NCBI GenBank assembly: GCA_041191945.1
Contig: JBEENX010000004.1
Span: 7,051 to 71,050, forward strand
Length of the DNA stretch: 64,000 nucleotides
From: Bacteroidota bacterium
Lineage (GTDB): Bacteria; Bacteroidota; Bacteroidia; Flavobacteriales; Flavobacteriaceae
Reading direction: 5' to 3'
Shown here: piece after piece, positions 36,823 to 46,697 of the stretch
How the letters are laid out: each line of letters opens with the position of its first letter
How positions within the stretch are numbered: the first letter of the stretch is position 1
Position numbers and translations under genes: made by a program
The notes under the pieces: generated by a model
What the model was told of the DNA's origin: nothing
The model's database searches: none
The model's input: only the letters and a program-made list of their open reading frames with translations

Positions 36823-38850
36823 TTACTTTCTTAGTCTTGAATTCATTTTGGATTGGTATTCTTCCATTTTTTTATTAAAGATTTCCATTTGTTCCTCAAA
36901 TGCTTTCATTTGGGGTTCCATTTGTTTGTTGAATTTCTCCATTTGCTCGTCAAATGCTTTTATTTGAGGTTCAATGGCTTCCATTTTTTTATTAAAATCT
37001 TCCATTTTTCTTTCGAATTCCTTCCATTCTTTTTCGTTACCACTTTTAGGATTTCCTTTAGGAGCTCTGGGAGCTTTTGGGAAAATTAATGATTTAGGTG
37101 TCTTTAAAGAAAACGTTGGAGGAGTGGGTGGAGTAGGTGGTGTTGGATAATCATTATTATCTGACATTTCATTGATTGACTTTGAAATCATTCTAATTTC
37201 TTTATTTGATTTCCCTTTTATTATATTAATCGATTTAATAGTTTTAGGATTAATTTTATTCATTTCGTCTTTAGAAATTACTCTATTATCAAGAAGAATT
37301 TCAGGGTCATCATTTACAAAATTAGAACTAGTTACTATTCTAATTTCTCCATTTGATTTACCTTTTTTTACATCAACCGATTTTATTGTTTTAGGATTAA
37401 TTTTATCCATTTCGATTTTAGAAATCTCCTTATCATTAAGGTAAATTATTGTTTCAGGATTAATTGTAGACGGTGAATTACTTTTAACAGCGGTAATTTT
37501 TACATCATTATTTGAATCGGAGCGATTTACAATAAAAACGTTATCTTGAGGTTCGTCTTTTGATAATCTACTAACTAGTACTCTATCCTGTTTTAAATTT
37601 GTAGTATCTGTGCTATCTGTTTCACTTCCTATTAATGAAGCAGTGGCTATGTTAGACAGCTCTTTAAAACCAATACTTTTCTTATTGTATTCATCTTGCT
37701 CATTATAAATTTCTATAGTTTTTATAGGCTCGTTTCCTCTAACTTCTTTTACAGTTTTTGTTTTAGGATTCTTTTTTGAAGTTAACTCTAAACGTATTGC
37801 AATGATTTCTCCGTCTTTATTACGTTTAATATTATTTATTTTTAGAGTAGTATCATCTGTAGTAAAACTTTTCTGAATTGCTTTAATTTCATCATCTGTT
37901 GTTTTTGAAGTGATTAAATTATCGGATTCAACTTCGGTATAATAGCCAACAACTTTTGAATTTACTACAATTTTGGTTTGCGCAATAGTTTTGATTTGGA
38001 ATAAAAGAACAAAGCCCACTAATGCCGGAAGTATTAAAGTGTATTTCCAAGAGTTCCATTTTTTTGATTGATTTCTGTTTAACATAACGATTCGTTTTTT
38101 GATTAATGATTGATAAAAGGGATTCGTAATACTTAATGATTGTTGTTGAGCGACTACCTTTACAAGTGTTTTTTGATATTCGTATTTGCTTTCAACTTGT
38201 TCCAATGAATAATTGTCGGCAATGAATTCTAAATTTTGCAACATCGCTTTTCGGTACAACCAAATGATTGGATTAATCCAAAACAACGCGCAGAAAACTT
38301 TTGAGAACAGTACATCAATGGAATGGAATTGTTTGACGTGAATACGTTCGTGCGTTATAATATGGGCGTATTCCTCTTTAGAAAAAAGAGTAGGATTAAT
38401 GACTATGTATTTAAAGAAAGAAAATGGATTTTCTGTCGAGTTAGAAAAAATTAAAGTGAAATTGGTGTCTTTCTGTTTGTTTAATTTGATAATCTTATTA
38501 AAAAAAGAAGCAATTTCGATTCCTACTTTTAGTATAATAATTAGGGAAACCAACACATAAGCTGAACTGAAAATTAGCGACCAATCCATAGGTTCTTCTG
38601 TAACAGTTCTAATTGTTGTATCGTCGTCTAGTGGAACCACTTCGATGTATTTAGAAATTGGTTCTGGGTCAACCCAAACGGTTTTAGTAAAAGTAATTAA
38701 GGGTAAAACAATTGACGTTACCAGTCCTGTTAATAAATACCATCGATTGCCAACGTAAAAAGTTTCTTTACGAAGGAATGCTAAATACAATAAATAGAAT
38801 GCTATGATGAGCCCATTTACTTTAGCAAAATAGAGTAGGAAGTTTTCCAT
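36823..38850 (-). CDS. M56 family metallopeptidase (BlaR1/MecR1-like sensor)
   Basis: TM region, PFSFF, HERIH (HExxH), W.NP..W, EFIAD, IKKRI.M; periplasmic repeats. Confidence 0.93.
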   Translation of the reverse strand: MENFLLYFAKVNGLIIAFYLLYLAFLRKETFYVGNRWYLLTGLVTSIVLPLITFTKTVWVDPEPISKYIEVVPLDDDTTIRTVTEEPMDWSLIFSSAYVLVSLIIILKVGIEIASFFNKIIKLNKQKDTNFTLIFSNSTENPFSFFKYIVINPTLFSKEEYAHIITHERIHVKQFHSIDVLFSKVFCALFWINPIIWLYRKAMLQNLEFIADNYSLEQVESKYEYQKTLVKVVAQQQSLSITNPFYQSLIKKRIVMLNRNQSKKWNSWKYTLILPALVGFVLLFQIKTIAQTKIVVNSKVVGYYTEVESDNLITSKTTDDEIKAIQKSFTTDDTTLKINNIKRNKDGEIIAIRLELTSKKNPKTKTVKEVRGNEPIKTIEIYNEQDEYNKKSIGFKELSNIATASLIGSETDSTDTTNLKQDRVLVSRLSKDEPQDNVFIVNRSDSNNDVKITAVKSNSPSTINPETIIYLNDKEISKIEMDKINPKTIKSVDVKKGKSNGEIRIVTSSNFVNDDPEILLDNRVISKDEMNKINPKTIKSINIIKGKSNKEIRMISKSINEMSDNNDYPTPPTPPTPPTFSLKTPKSLIFPKAPRAPKGNPKSGNEKEWKEFERKMEDFNKKMEAIEPQIKAFDEQMEKFNKQMEPQMKAFEEQMEIFNKKMEEYQSKMNSRLRK

Positions 38851-38851
38851 A

Positions 38852-39211
38852 CTAGTCCTTTTTTTCGATTAAAGCTAAAATTTCACGGAGCTCTTCAGCC
38901 GATATTTTCTCTTCTTCAGCAAAATAGGAAACTAAATTTTTATACGAACTATTAAAATAATTCGTAATAGCGGTATTCATAAATGCTTTTCGATACTCCT
39001 CGATTGGAACTATAGGGAAGTACTGGTGGGTTTTTCCGTAGGCATTGTAACCTACATACCCTTTCTCTTCTAAATTTCGAACAATTGTTGAGAGTGTATT
39101 GTAGTGTGGCTTATCCTCTACAATTTCTTCCATAATGTCTTTTACAAAAGCTCTTTTCAGCTTCCATAAAATGTGCATTATTTCTTCTTCTTTGTTGGTT
39201 AGTTTTTGCAT
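38852..39211 (-). CDS. BlaI/MecI/CopY family repressor
   Basis: LT.KEEEIM..LW, HYNT.ST..R.LE.KG. Confidence 0.95.
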   Translation of the reverse strand: MQKLTNKEEEIMHILWKLKRAFVKDIMEEIVEDKPHYNTLSTIVRNLEEKGYVGYNAYGKTHQYFPIVPIEEYRKAFMNTAITNYFNSSYKNLVSYFAEEEKISAEELREILALIEKKD

Positions 39212-39230
39212 GGCTATAAATTTTATAGAC

Positions 39231-39295
39231 CAAACATAAAACTATTATTTTAGTTATACAACTATTTTTGTAGTTATTTAACTAAAATTTTAGTT
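39231..39295 (-). promoter_or_regulatory. blaI-like promoter with three palindromic operators AACTA-N6-TAGTT
   Basis: Operators at 39240-39255, 39260-39275, 39280-39295; TATGTTTG -7 element at 39231-39238. Confidence 0.85.
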
Positions 39296-39306
39296 TTTGA
39301 AGAGTT

Positions 39307-40521
39307 TTACTGGGTTTGTTTAAGTAATCGTTGCAACCAAATGCAACATAAAACAGCTAGTACACCTAAAGTTCCCATAACAAACCAATTGGCTTGGTAA
39401 TTCCATTGACTAATGATTTCTAATCCCATTTTAGAACTGGTAATGTGTGCCAAACTAAAACTCATGGTAAATAAAGCCATATAGCGTCCTTCATGGCCTT
39501 TAGGAGCACGACTTAGAGCAAAAGAATTAGAGAATGGAAAAATGAACATTTCTCCAAAAGTGATAAAAAGTAAACTAATAATTAAGATACCTGCCCAAGC
39601 GTTGAACAACAACACAAAGAAACTAATCGCCATTAAGATACAACCCCAAAGAATGATGCTCAGTTTACTACTATCTTTGCGTTGGCAATAGCTCACAATG
39701 GGCATTTCTAGAAAGAAAATGAGTATGCCGTTGAACGATAAAATTAATCCACTTTGAAATTCGGTTAAACCAAAATGCTCACTATGATAGAGCGGAAGCG
39801 TGGTAAATAATTGGAAAAATAAGACCGCAGTAATGAAACAAACGAATAAGAAAATCCAAAATATTTTGTCTTTAAACACCGATTCACGCTCGGATTCGGC
39901 TTGTTTTTTTGCAATCAAATCTTCAGGTACTTTTTTTTCTTTGACCAATACGGCAAATAGTACAATAGCAATGATGCAGGTACTTCCATCGACCCAAAAT
40001 AGTGCTTGATAGCCTTGACTCAAAATAATGAGTCCTCCTAAAGCGGGACCTGCGGCAAAACCAAGATTGACGGCTAAACGTACCAAAGTTAAGGCGCGGG
40101 TTCGGTTTTCGGGTTTGGCATAAGTGCTTAACGAAACAAACATAGCAGGACGAAACATATCGGCAATAACCATGATGCTAAACATACTCACACACAATGC
40201 CCAAAACGAGGTAACGTATTGCAAGAAAAAGAAGAGTACGCCGCTGGTAAACAAACTGAAAATCATGATTTTGTAAAAACCAATTTTATCTGATAATTTT
40301 CCACCCAACCAAGAGCCTAGCATCGAACCAAAACCAAAACACACCATTATCCAGCCGACTTGTGAATAGGAAAGATGCAAGTCTTCTTTAAGGTATTTGG
40401 ATAAAAAAGGCAACACCATAGTTCCTGCACGATTGATAAAGGTTATCAATGCCAAAATCCAAACTTCTCTTCGAAAGCCTCTAAAATTATTGATGTAACG
40501 TTGCAGTCCTGATTGAATCAT
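39307..40521 (-). CDS. MFS transporter
   Basis: About 12 TM helices, GG.LSDKIG motif A; ATG 40521 after promoter TACCTTTG. Confidence 0.92.
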   Translation of the reverse strand: MIQSGLQRYINNFRGFRREVWILALITFINRAGTMVLPFLSKYLKEDLHLSYSQVGWIMVCFGFGSMLGSWLGGKLSDKIGFYKIMIFSLFTSGVLFFFLQYVTSFWALCVSMFSIMVIADMFRPAMFVSLSTYAKPENRTRALTLVRLAVNLGFAAGPALGGLIILSQGYQALFWVDGSTCIIAIVLFAVLVKEKKVPEDLIAKKQAESERESVFKDKIFWIFLFVCFITAVLFFQLFTTLPLYHSEHFGLTEFQSGLILSFNGILIFFLEMPIVSYCQRKDSSKLSIILWGCILMAISFFVLLFNAWAGILIISLLFITFGEMFIFPFSNSFALSRAPKGHEGRYMALFTMSFSLAHITSSKMGLEIISQWNYQANWFVMGTLGVLAVLCCIWLQRLLKQTQ

Positions 40522-40648
40522 AGTGTAGTTTGTAGGGCAAAGGTACCAACTTTTAGTCAAGGATTTATTTTTTGAAATAAATTTCATTTGCTTTGAAATC
40601 GCTTTGTTTTCTTTTGGATTGTAGTATTTTTGCTGAAAAGATATTCAG

Positions 40649-41251
40649 ATGAAAAAGTTACTTGTATTGGTACTGTTGGTACAGTTTGGTTTTGGCTTTA
40701 GCCAAGAACAATTTAGTTTGGCTGCGGTAGAAAAATTTCAAAACGAATTGAATGCAGAATATGCTGATGCCAAGACAAGTCCGTTATTGCCTGAAGATTT
40801 AAAAACATTTCATTCTTTAGAGTATTATCCTGCCAATGAAAAGTTTTTTGTGGTGGCAAAATTTATCCGCACGGAAAATGAACAACCTTTTGAAATGAAA
40901 ACGTCTACGGATAGAAGGCCTGTTTATGTGAAATACGGAGAAGCGCATTTTAGCATTGAGAGTCAGGTTTTTCAGCTTAATTTGTACAGAAATATTGAAT
41001 TGTCTAAAAAGGAGCAGTACAAAGACTATTTGTTTTTACCTTTTTCTGATTTGACCTGTGGAAATGAAAGTTACATAGGAGGGAGGTACATCGATATGAA
41101 AATCCCAAAAGGAGATACGATAGTGATTGATTTTAATACAGCTTACAATCCGTATTGTGCTTACAGTTACAAGTATTCGTGTCCCAAAGTTCCTTTGGAA
41201 AACGATTTGAAAATAGCAGTTCGCGCCGGAGTTAAAAAATTTCATGACTAA
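40649..41251 (+). CDS. DUF1684 domain protein
   Basis: Signal peptide; FLPF.D.T.G.ESY.GGRY, DFN.AYNPYCAY...SCP. Confidence 0.9.
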   Translation: MKKLLVLVLLVQFGFGFSQEQFSLAAVEKFQNELNAEYADAKTSPLLPEDLKTFHSLEYYPANEKFFVVAKFIRTENEQPFEMKTSTDRRPVYVKYGEAHFSIESQVFQLNLYRNIELSKKEQYKDYLFLPFSDLTCGNESYIGGRYIDMKIPKGDTIVIDFNTAYNPYCAYSYKYSCPKVPLENDLKIAVRAGVKKFHD

Positions 41252-41901
41252 TGAACTATTTTAATCTGCATACTCATCTTTATACGAATCAGGACGATGT
41301 TTTGGAATTAGTCAATCAATATCCTCAGGAGTTTACCAATGCAATTCCGTTTTACTCTATCGGAATTCATCCTTGGTTTATTGTGGAAGATCGTATCGAA
41401 GCTGATTTGGCTATCATTGAAAGTAAATTAAACGAATCCAATTGTTTAGCAGTGGGTGAGTGTGGCTTAGACAAGCGAATCGCAGTTCCTTTTGAATTAC
41501 AGCAAACCGTTTTTAAACGCCAATTGCTTTTAGCGGAACAGTACCAAAAACCAGTTGTGATTCATTGTGTAGCGGCTTTTCAGGAATTGATTGCTATTAA
41601 AAAAGAATTGAAGATTTCGATTCCAATTTTGATTCATGGGTTTTCTAAAAATGAGCAAGTAGCCAAGGAATTACTAGCCAATGGCTGTTATGTTTCATTT
41701 GGGAAGTATTTAGTGCGAATGCCCCAATTGGAAACGGTTTTTCGTGCGATGCCCAATGACCGATTTTTTTTAGAAACCGATACCGATGAGCAAACGATTC
41801 AAGAAGTGTATGAATTGGCTGCACAATACAAAGGAATTTCAGTGGCTCAAATACAAGAACTAGTGAATACCAATTTTAAAACAGTTTTTAAAACAACATA
41901 A
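41251..41901 (+). CDS. TatD family hydrolase
   Basis: HTH (His-x-His), GIHPW, GECGLD, IHCV, IHGF, LETD. Confidence 0.92.
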   Translation: MNYFNLHTHLYTNQDDVLELVNQYPQEFTNAIPFYSIGIHPWFIVEDRIEADLAIIESKLNESNCLAVGECGLDKRIAVPFELQQTVFKRQLLLAEQYQKPVVIHCVAAFQELIAIKKELKISIPILIHGFSKNEQVAKELLANGCYVSFGKYLVRMPQLETVFRAMPNDRFFLETDTDEQTIQEVYELAAQYKGISVAQIQELVNTNFKTVFKTT

Positions 41902-41931
41902 ACAAATAACCGCATAAACAAATAATTAAAT

Positions 41932-42663
41932 ATGGCAGAGTGGACAGAAAGAGCCGAATTATTATTCAAAAAAGAAGGATTAGAAAAGTTACAAAACGCT
42001 AAAGTGTTAGTCGTTGGATTAGGAGGCGTAGGATCTTTTGCAGCTGAATTTTTAGCAAGAGCAGGAGTTGGTAACCTAACTATTGTTGATGGCGATGTGG
42101 TGGATATTACCAATATCAACCGACAATTACCTGCGTTACATTCTACCGTTGGTCAACCTAAAATTACCATTGTAGGCGATCGTTTAATGGATATTAATCC
42201 TGAATTACAACTCACACGAATCCAAGAATTCCTTTCGCCAGAGCGCGCTTATGAATTGGTTTCAACCGACTTTGATTACGTTTTGGATTGCATTGATAGT
42301 GTGACGCCAAAATTGAATTTAATTATGGCAGCTAAAAGAAAAGGAGTGAAAATAATTAGTAGCATGGGAGCTGGTGGAAAAATGGAAGCCGCTAAAGTGA
42401 AAGTTACCGATATTAGTAAAACTGAAAACTGTCATTTGGCCCGAACTATTAAACGACGTTTAAAAGCTGAAAAAATATACAAAGGAATCAAAGTGGTTTT
42501 TTCTTCGGAAATTCAAGACGAAACTAGTTTAAAAATTACCGATGGACAGAATTTTAAAAAATCGTTTTATGGTACTAATAGTTATATGCCGGGATTATTT
42601 GGGTTGTATGCTGCCGAAACGGTGATTCGCTATTTGTTGAATAAAGAAATTACTAAAGAATAA
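41932..42663 (+). CDS. tcdA: tRNA threonylcarbamoyladenosine dehydratase
   Basis: GLGGVGS, D.D.VD.TNINRQ, DCID, SMGAGGK. Confidence 0.88.
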   Translation: MAEWTERAELLFKKEGLEKLQNAKVLVVGLGGVGSFAAEFLARAGVGNLTIVDGDVVDITNINRQLPALHSTVGQPKITIVGDRLMDINPELQLTRIQEFLSPERAYELVSTDFDYVLDCIDSVTPKLNLIMAAKRKGVKIISSMGAGGKMEAAKVKVTDISKTENCHLARTIKRRLKAEKIYKGIKVVFSSEIQDETSLKITDGQNFKKSFYGTNSYMPGLFGLYAAETVIRYLLNKEITKE

Positions 42664-43319
42664 TGATACAAACTGTGATTTTTGATATGGACGGCGTAAT
42701 TGTCGATACGGAACCCGTTCATCGTTATGCGTATTACAAACAATTTGCAGAATTGAATATCGAAGTAACCGAGGCAATGTATACTTCGTTTACAGGCTTT
42801 TCGACTCGAAACACGTTTCAAACTTTAAAGGAAAATTTTCAATTGGAACATGAGGTAGAGGATTTGATTCAGCGAAAAAGAAGTATTTTTAATGATGCTT
42901 TTGACACCAAAGAAGATTTAGAATTATTGGAGGGAGTTCGTGATTTAATAGAAGATTTACATCAAAATGGAATTCAATTGATTGTGGCGTCTTCGGCCTC
43001 TAAAGTGACTATTGACCGTGTTTTTACTCGTTTTGGATTGCATGATTTTTTTACGCATATTGTAAGTGGCGAAGATTTTCCAAAGTCCAAACCACATCCC
43101 GCTATTTTTGAACATGCGGCTTCTTTATCCATTGCTCCAAAAGAAAATTGTATCGTAATTGAAGACAGTACTAACGGAGTGAAAGCAGCAAAGGCGGCAG
43201 GGATTTTTTGTGTGGGATACAATAGTGAACATTCTAAAGACCAAAACTTGGAGGAAGCAGATAGGATAATCAATCACTTTAACGAGTTGAATGCTACTAT
43301 TGTTAAGACCTTAAATTAA
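42663..43319 (+). CDS. HAD family hydrolase (beta-phosphoglucomutase-like)
   Basis: FDMDGVIVD, KPHP, IEDS.NG..AA. Confidence 0.92.
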   Translation: MIQTVIFDMDGVIVDTEPVHRYAYYKQFAELNIEVTEAMYTSFTGFSTRNTFQTLKENFQLEHEVEDLIQRKRSIFNDAFDTKEDLELLEGVRDLIEDLHQNGIQLIVASSASKVTIDRVFTRFGLHDFFTHIVSGEDFPKSKPHPAIFEHAASLSIAPKENCIVIEDSTNGVKAAKAAGIFCVGYNSEHSKDQNLEEADRIINHFNELNATIVKTLN

Positions 43320-43386
43320 AAAATCATTATACTACTATTTAGCAATTTGAATTTGTAAATTTGAAAACTTTAAAAAATTAATTTCT

Positions 43387-44232
43387 ATGAAAAAAATAAT
43401 TATTGCAGCAACCATTTTGATTGTTCATCTTACAACTCAAGCACAGATTAAAACGCCTCAAGCGAGTCCTAGAGCCGTACTTACTCAAATGGTAGGTTTG
43501 ACAGAGGTGGAGGTCAATTATTCTAGACCGGGTGCTAAAGGCAGACCCGTTTTTGGAAATTTAGTTCCGTTTGGTAAACTGTGGCGAACAGGTGCCAATG
43601 AAAACACAACCATTTCTTTTAGTGATGATGTTATTATTGATGGTAAAGTATTGAAAAAAGGAAAATATGCGTTGTACACGGTGCCAAGAATTGAAAGTTG
43701 GGATATTATTTTTTATACCACTACTGACAATTGGGGATTACCACAAGAATTTAATGAAGCCAATGTAGCGCTTAGAACTACGGTAAAAGAAGAAGCATTG
43801 TCAAAACCTGTTGAAAGTTTAACGATTGGTATTGCTGGTTTGGATACTAATTTTGCATTTTTAGAGATTTTCTGGGAAAACTCTTATGTAGCTTTGAAAT
43901 TTGAAGTGCCTACTCAAAAAACAGCTATGGCAAGTATTGACAAAGTATTGGCAGGACCTACAGCAAATGATTATTATTCAGCAGCTAATTTCTTGTATCA
44001 ATCTAATAATGATTTGGCAAAATCACTGGTTTATGTAAATAAGTCATTAGAGTTGAGTAAAGATAAACCGTTTTGGTTTTTGCGATTAAAATCGTTGATT
44101 CAGGCAAAACAAGGTGATAAGTCAGGGGCTATTGAAACGGCAAAATTATCTTTGGAAGCGGCAGAAGAAGCTAAAAATCAAGATTACGTAAAAATGAATA
44201 AAGACAGTATTGCCGAGTGGAGTAAGAAGTAA
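43387..44232 (+). CDS. DUF2911 domain protein
   Basis: PQASP, YSRP..KGR..FG.LVP....WRTGAN; C-terminal TPR-like helices. Confidence 0.9.
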   Translation: MKKIIIAATILIVHLTTQAQIKTPQASPRAVLTQMVGLTEVEVNYSRPGAKGRPVFGNLVPFGKLWRTGANENTTISFSDDVIIDGKVLKKGKYALYTVPRIESWDIIFYTTTDNWGLPQEFNEANVALRTTVKEEALSKPVESLTIGIAGLDTNFAFLEIFWENSYVALKFEVPTQKTAMASIDKVLAGPTANDYYSAANFLYQSNNDLAKSLVYVNKSLELSKDKPFWFLRLKSLIQAKQGDKSGAIETAKLSLEAAEEAKNQDYVKMNKDSIAEWSKK

Positions 44233-44250
44233 TTTGCTATTCATTGCAAT

Positions 44251-44286
44251 AAAAAAATTCCGTTTCAATTGAAACGGAATTTTTTT
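44251..44286. terminator. Bidirectional terminator
   Basis: AAAAAAATTCCGTTTCAATTGAAACGGAATTTTTTT perfect palindrome. Confidence 0.88.
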
Positions 44287-44288
44287 AT

Positions 44289-46013
44289 TCAGCTAACAAA
44301 AGCTCTTTGATTTTTGAATAGCAATCGTTCCAAAAGCCAAGCAATTACAATTGTCAATAGCGCACCTATGAAGTTGAGCCATAAATACCCTAATTTTTCT
44401 TCGCCACTTGGGTAAATATAAATGGCAAAGTAGTAAATGATAAAGATGGTAATTTGGCTAAAAATAGCACTGTAAAATATAGCATCCGATTGCACTCTTT
44501 TGGAATAAATACCAACCAAAAATATTCCTAACACAGTTCCGTAAAAAATAGATCCGATGATATTAACCAATTGAATTAAGTTTTCAAATAAGGTGCCAAT
44601 ACACGCAAAAAGAATGGCAATTATTCCCCAGAATAGTGTAAATAATTTGCTGGCATTGAGGTAATGTTTCTCTGATTTTTCTTCTCTTAGATTCCGTTTG
44701 TAAATGTCAATTGTAGTGGTCGATGCCAAGGCGTTCAATCCCGAAGCGGTTGACGACATTGCGGCTGAAATAATCACAGCCAATAACAAACCAATTAGTC
44801 CTTTAGGTAAATAATTTAATATAAAATGAAAAAACACATAGTCTTTATCGTTCGTTTCGCTATGAATATCTGCTTTCGAAATGATTTCTTTGGCACGGTC
44901 TCTTAAGTCTTTTTCTTTGTCAGACAAGGCAATCATTTCTTTTCTAAGAATTGGATTGTCATAATCTTGATTGAGCTGATCGATATACAAGAGGTTGATT
45001 ACTTTTTTGTCTTCAGAAACCAGTTCTAATTTTTTTTCTAATGCATGGTATTCTTTCTTATATGGCGATTTTTCGACTATAATTTTATTATTCGGATTGA
45101 AATTTAACGGCACTGGATTGAACTGAAAGAATACAAAAACCATAACTCCTGTCAAAAGGATAAAGAATTGCATAGGGACTTTTAATAGCCCGTTCATCAA
45201 TAGCCCCATCTGACTTTCTCGTACCGATTTACCTGATAAATAACGTCCTACTTGAGATTGGTCTGTGCCAAAATAGGCTAAAGCCAAGAAAAATCCGCCT
45301 GTAATTCCGCTCCAAAAGGTATATTTTTCTTCAGGATCTAATGAAAAATTGAGAATGTTCATTTTGTCATTGGCACCTGCGATGTGCATGGCATTGCTGA
45401 AATTCATGTCGTTGGGCAGGTAATACAAGATCCAAAAAAAGGTAATTAACATCCCTAATAAAATGATGAACATTTGCTGTTTTTGAGTTACATTGACCGC
45501 TTTGGTTCCACCAGTTACAGTGTAAATAATAACTAATACACCAATAATAATGTTAAGGTAATTGATGTTCCAACCCAATAAGGCCGACAGAATAATAGCC
45601 GGCGCATAAATAGTCAAACCTGTACCGAGACCTCTTTGGAATAAGAATAAAAAAGCCGCTAAAGAACGCGTGCGCAAATCAAATCGTTTGCCTAAATATT
45701 CGTAGGCGGTATAGACTTTGTATTTGTGATAAATGGGAATAAAGGTTACACATACAATGACCATGGCTATGGGTAAACCAAAGTAAAATTGAACAAATCC
45801 CATTCCGTCATGATAGGCTTGTCCGGGAGTTGATAAAAAGGTAATCGCACTGGCTTGTGTTGCCATAACAGAAAGCCCTACCACATGCCAAGGAGTTTCA
45901 TTACTTCCAAGAATATAGTCTTCAACGTTTTTACTTCCGTTGGTTTTCCAAGCACCATAGATTACTATAAATAGTAAGGTAACAACGAGTATGATCCAGT
46001 CAAATAATTGCAT
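44289..46013 (-). CDS. Sodium:solute symporter
   Basis: ATQASAITF, TAYEYL..RF, GG.KAV, DQSQV.RYL, AAMSS..S.LNA. Confidence 0.93.
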   Translation of the reverse strand: MQLFDWIILVVTLLFIVIYGAWKTNGSKNVEDYILGSNETPWHVVGLSVMATQASAITFLSTPGQAYHDGMGFVQFYFGLPIAMVIVCVTFIPIYHKYKVYTAYEYLGKRFDLRTRSLAAFLFLFQRGLGTGLTIYAPAIILSALLGWNINYLNIIIGVLVIIYTVTGGTKAVNVTQKQQMFIILLGMLITFFWILYYLPNDMNFSNAMHIAGANDKMNILNFSLDPEEKYTFWSGITGGFFLALAYFGTDQSQVGRYLSGKSVRESQMGLLMNGLLKVPMQFFILLTGVMVFVFFQFNPVPLNFNPNNKIIVEKSPYKKEYHALEKKLELVSEDKKVINLLYIDQLNQDYDNPILRKEMIALSDKEKDLRDRAKEIISKADIHSETNDKDYVFFHFILNYLPKGLIGLLLAVIISAAMSSTASGLNALASTTTIDIYKRNLREEKSEKHYLNASKLFTLFWGIIAILFACIGTLFENLIQLVNIIGSIFYGTVLGIFLVGIYSKRVQSDAIFYSAIFSQITIFIIYYFAIYIYPSGEEKLGYLWLNFIGALLTIVIAWLLERLLFKNQRAFVS

Positions 46014-46016
46014 AAT

Positions 46017-46121
46017 TTAAGCGTATAACTGCATTATAAAATAAAAAAACAGGATATAAATGGCATTAATAACGAGTACCCAAGTATAACTTTTTTTCCA
46101 TATTTTGGTTTTTGACTTCAT
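46017..46121 (-). CDS. 34-aa single-TM protein upstream of the symporter (not in ORF track): MKSKTKIWKKSYTWVLVINAIYILFFYFIMQLYA
   Basis: Basic N-terminus plus hydrophobic helix; stop lies 3 nt before the symporter ATG. Confidence 0.7.
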   Translation of the reverse strand: MKSKTKIWKKSYTWVLVINAIYILFFYFIMQLYA

Positions 46122-46157
46122 CCTTGATTAATTTCTCGTTCGTAGTACTAATTAAGT

Positions 46158-46694
46158 TTAATCTGTAAAATCAGTAGGTTCAAGATCAGTATTAATGATT
46201 GAAACTCCTTTTTGTAATAGTAAGTTGTTTGGGTAAATAATACGTTCCCCTTCTTTGTTTACCATACTAATATAAAAGGCACTGATATCCTCGATTTCGG
46301 CAATCACAGGAAAATCTTTGTCATGAATATGAATGGTATCTCCAATTTTAAAAGGGAAGGAAAAAAATAAAATAATTCCTGAGGTGATGTTACTTAAAAT
46401 AGACCATTGCGCCACCATTGCTACACCTACAACTGTTGCGATAGAAGAGATAGCCAAAATAATATCTTTGGCATCAACCCCCCAAATAATAATTAAAGCT
46501 ACAATTAAGAGAATATTAATTAGTAAATGCAGGTATTTGATTACCAAATTTGTTCTTCTTTCTATAGTTTGGCTCAGACGGGCATAGCGACGTACTAATT
46601 TGGTGGTAATTACCCGTAATAGTACCAGTAGTATCAAAACAATCCCAGTACCAATAGCTTCGCGTGCAAAATCGTTGAAAAATGAAATGTACAT
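46158..46694 (-). CDS. Small-conductance mechanosensitive channel family protein
   Basis: Three TM helices, LSNITSG..L....PFKIGD, PN..L. Confidence 0.88.
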   Translation of the reverse strand: MYISFFNDFAREAIGTGIVLILLVLLRVITTKLVRRYARLSQTIERRTNLVIKYLHLLINILLIVALIIIWGVDAKDIILAISSIATVVGVAMVAQWSILSNITSGIILFFSFPFKIGDTIHIHDKDFPVIAEIEDISAFYISMVNKEGERIIYPNNLLLQKGVSIINTDLEPTDFTD

Positions 46695-46697
46695 AGT

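Noticed and set aside
36823-39211. Beta-lactam resistance (bla/mec) locus
   Set aside because: No beta-lactamase or PBP gene, and no penicillin-binding sensor domain recognisable
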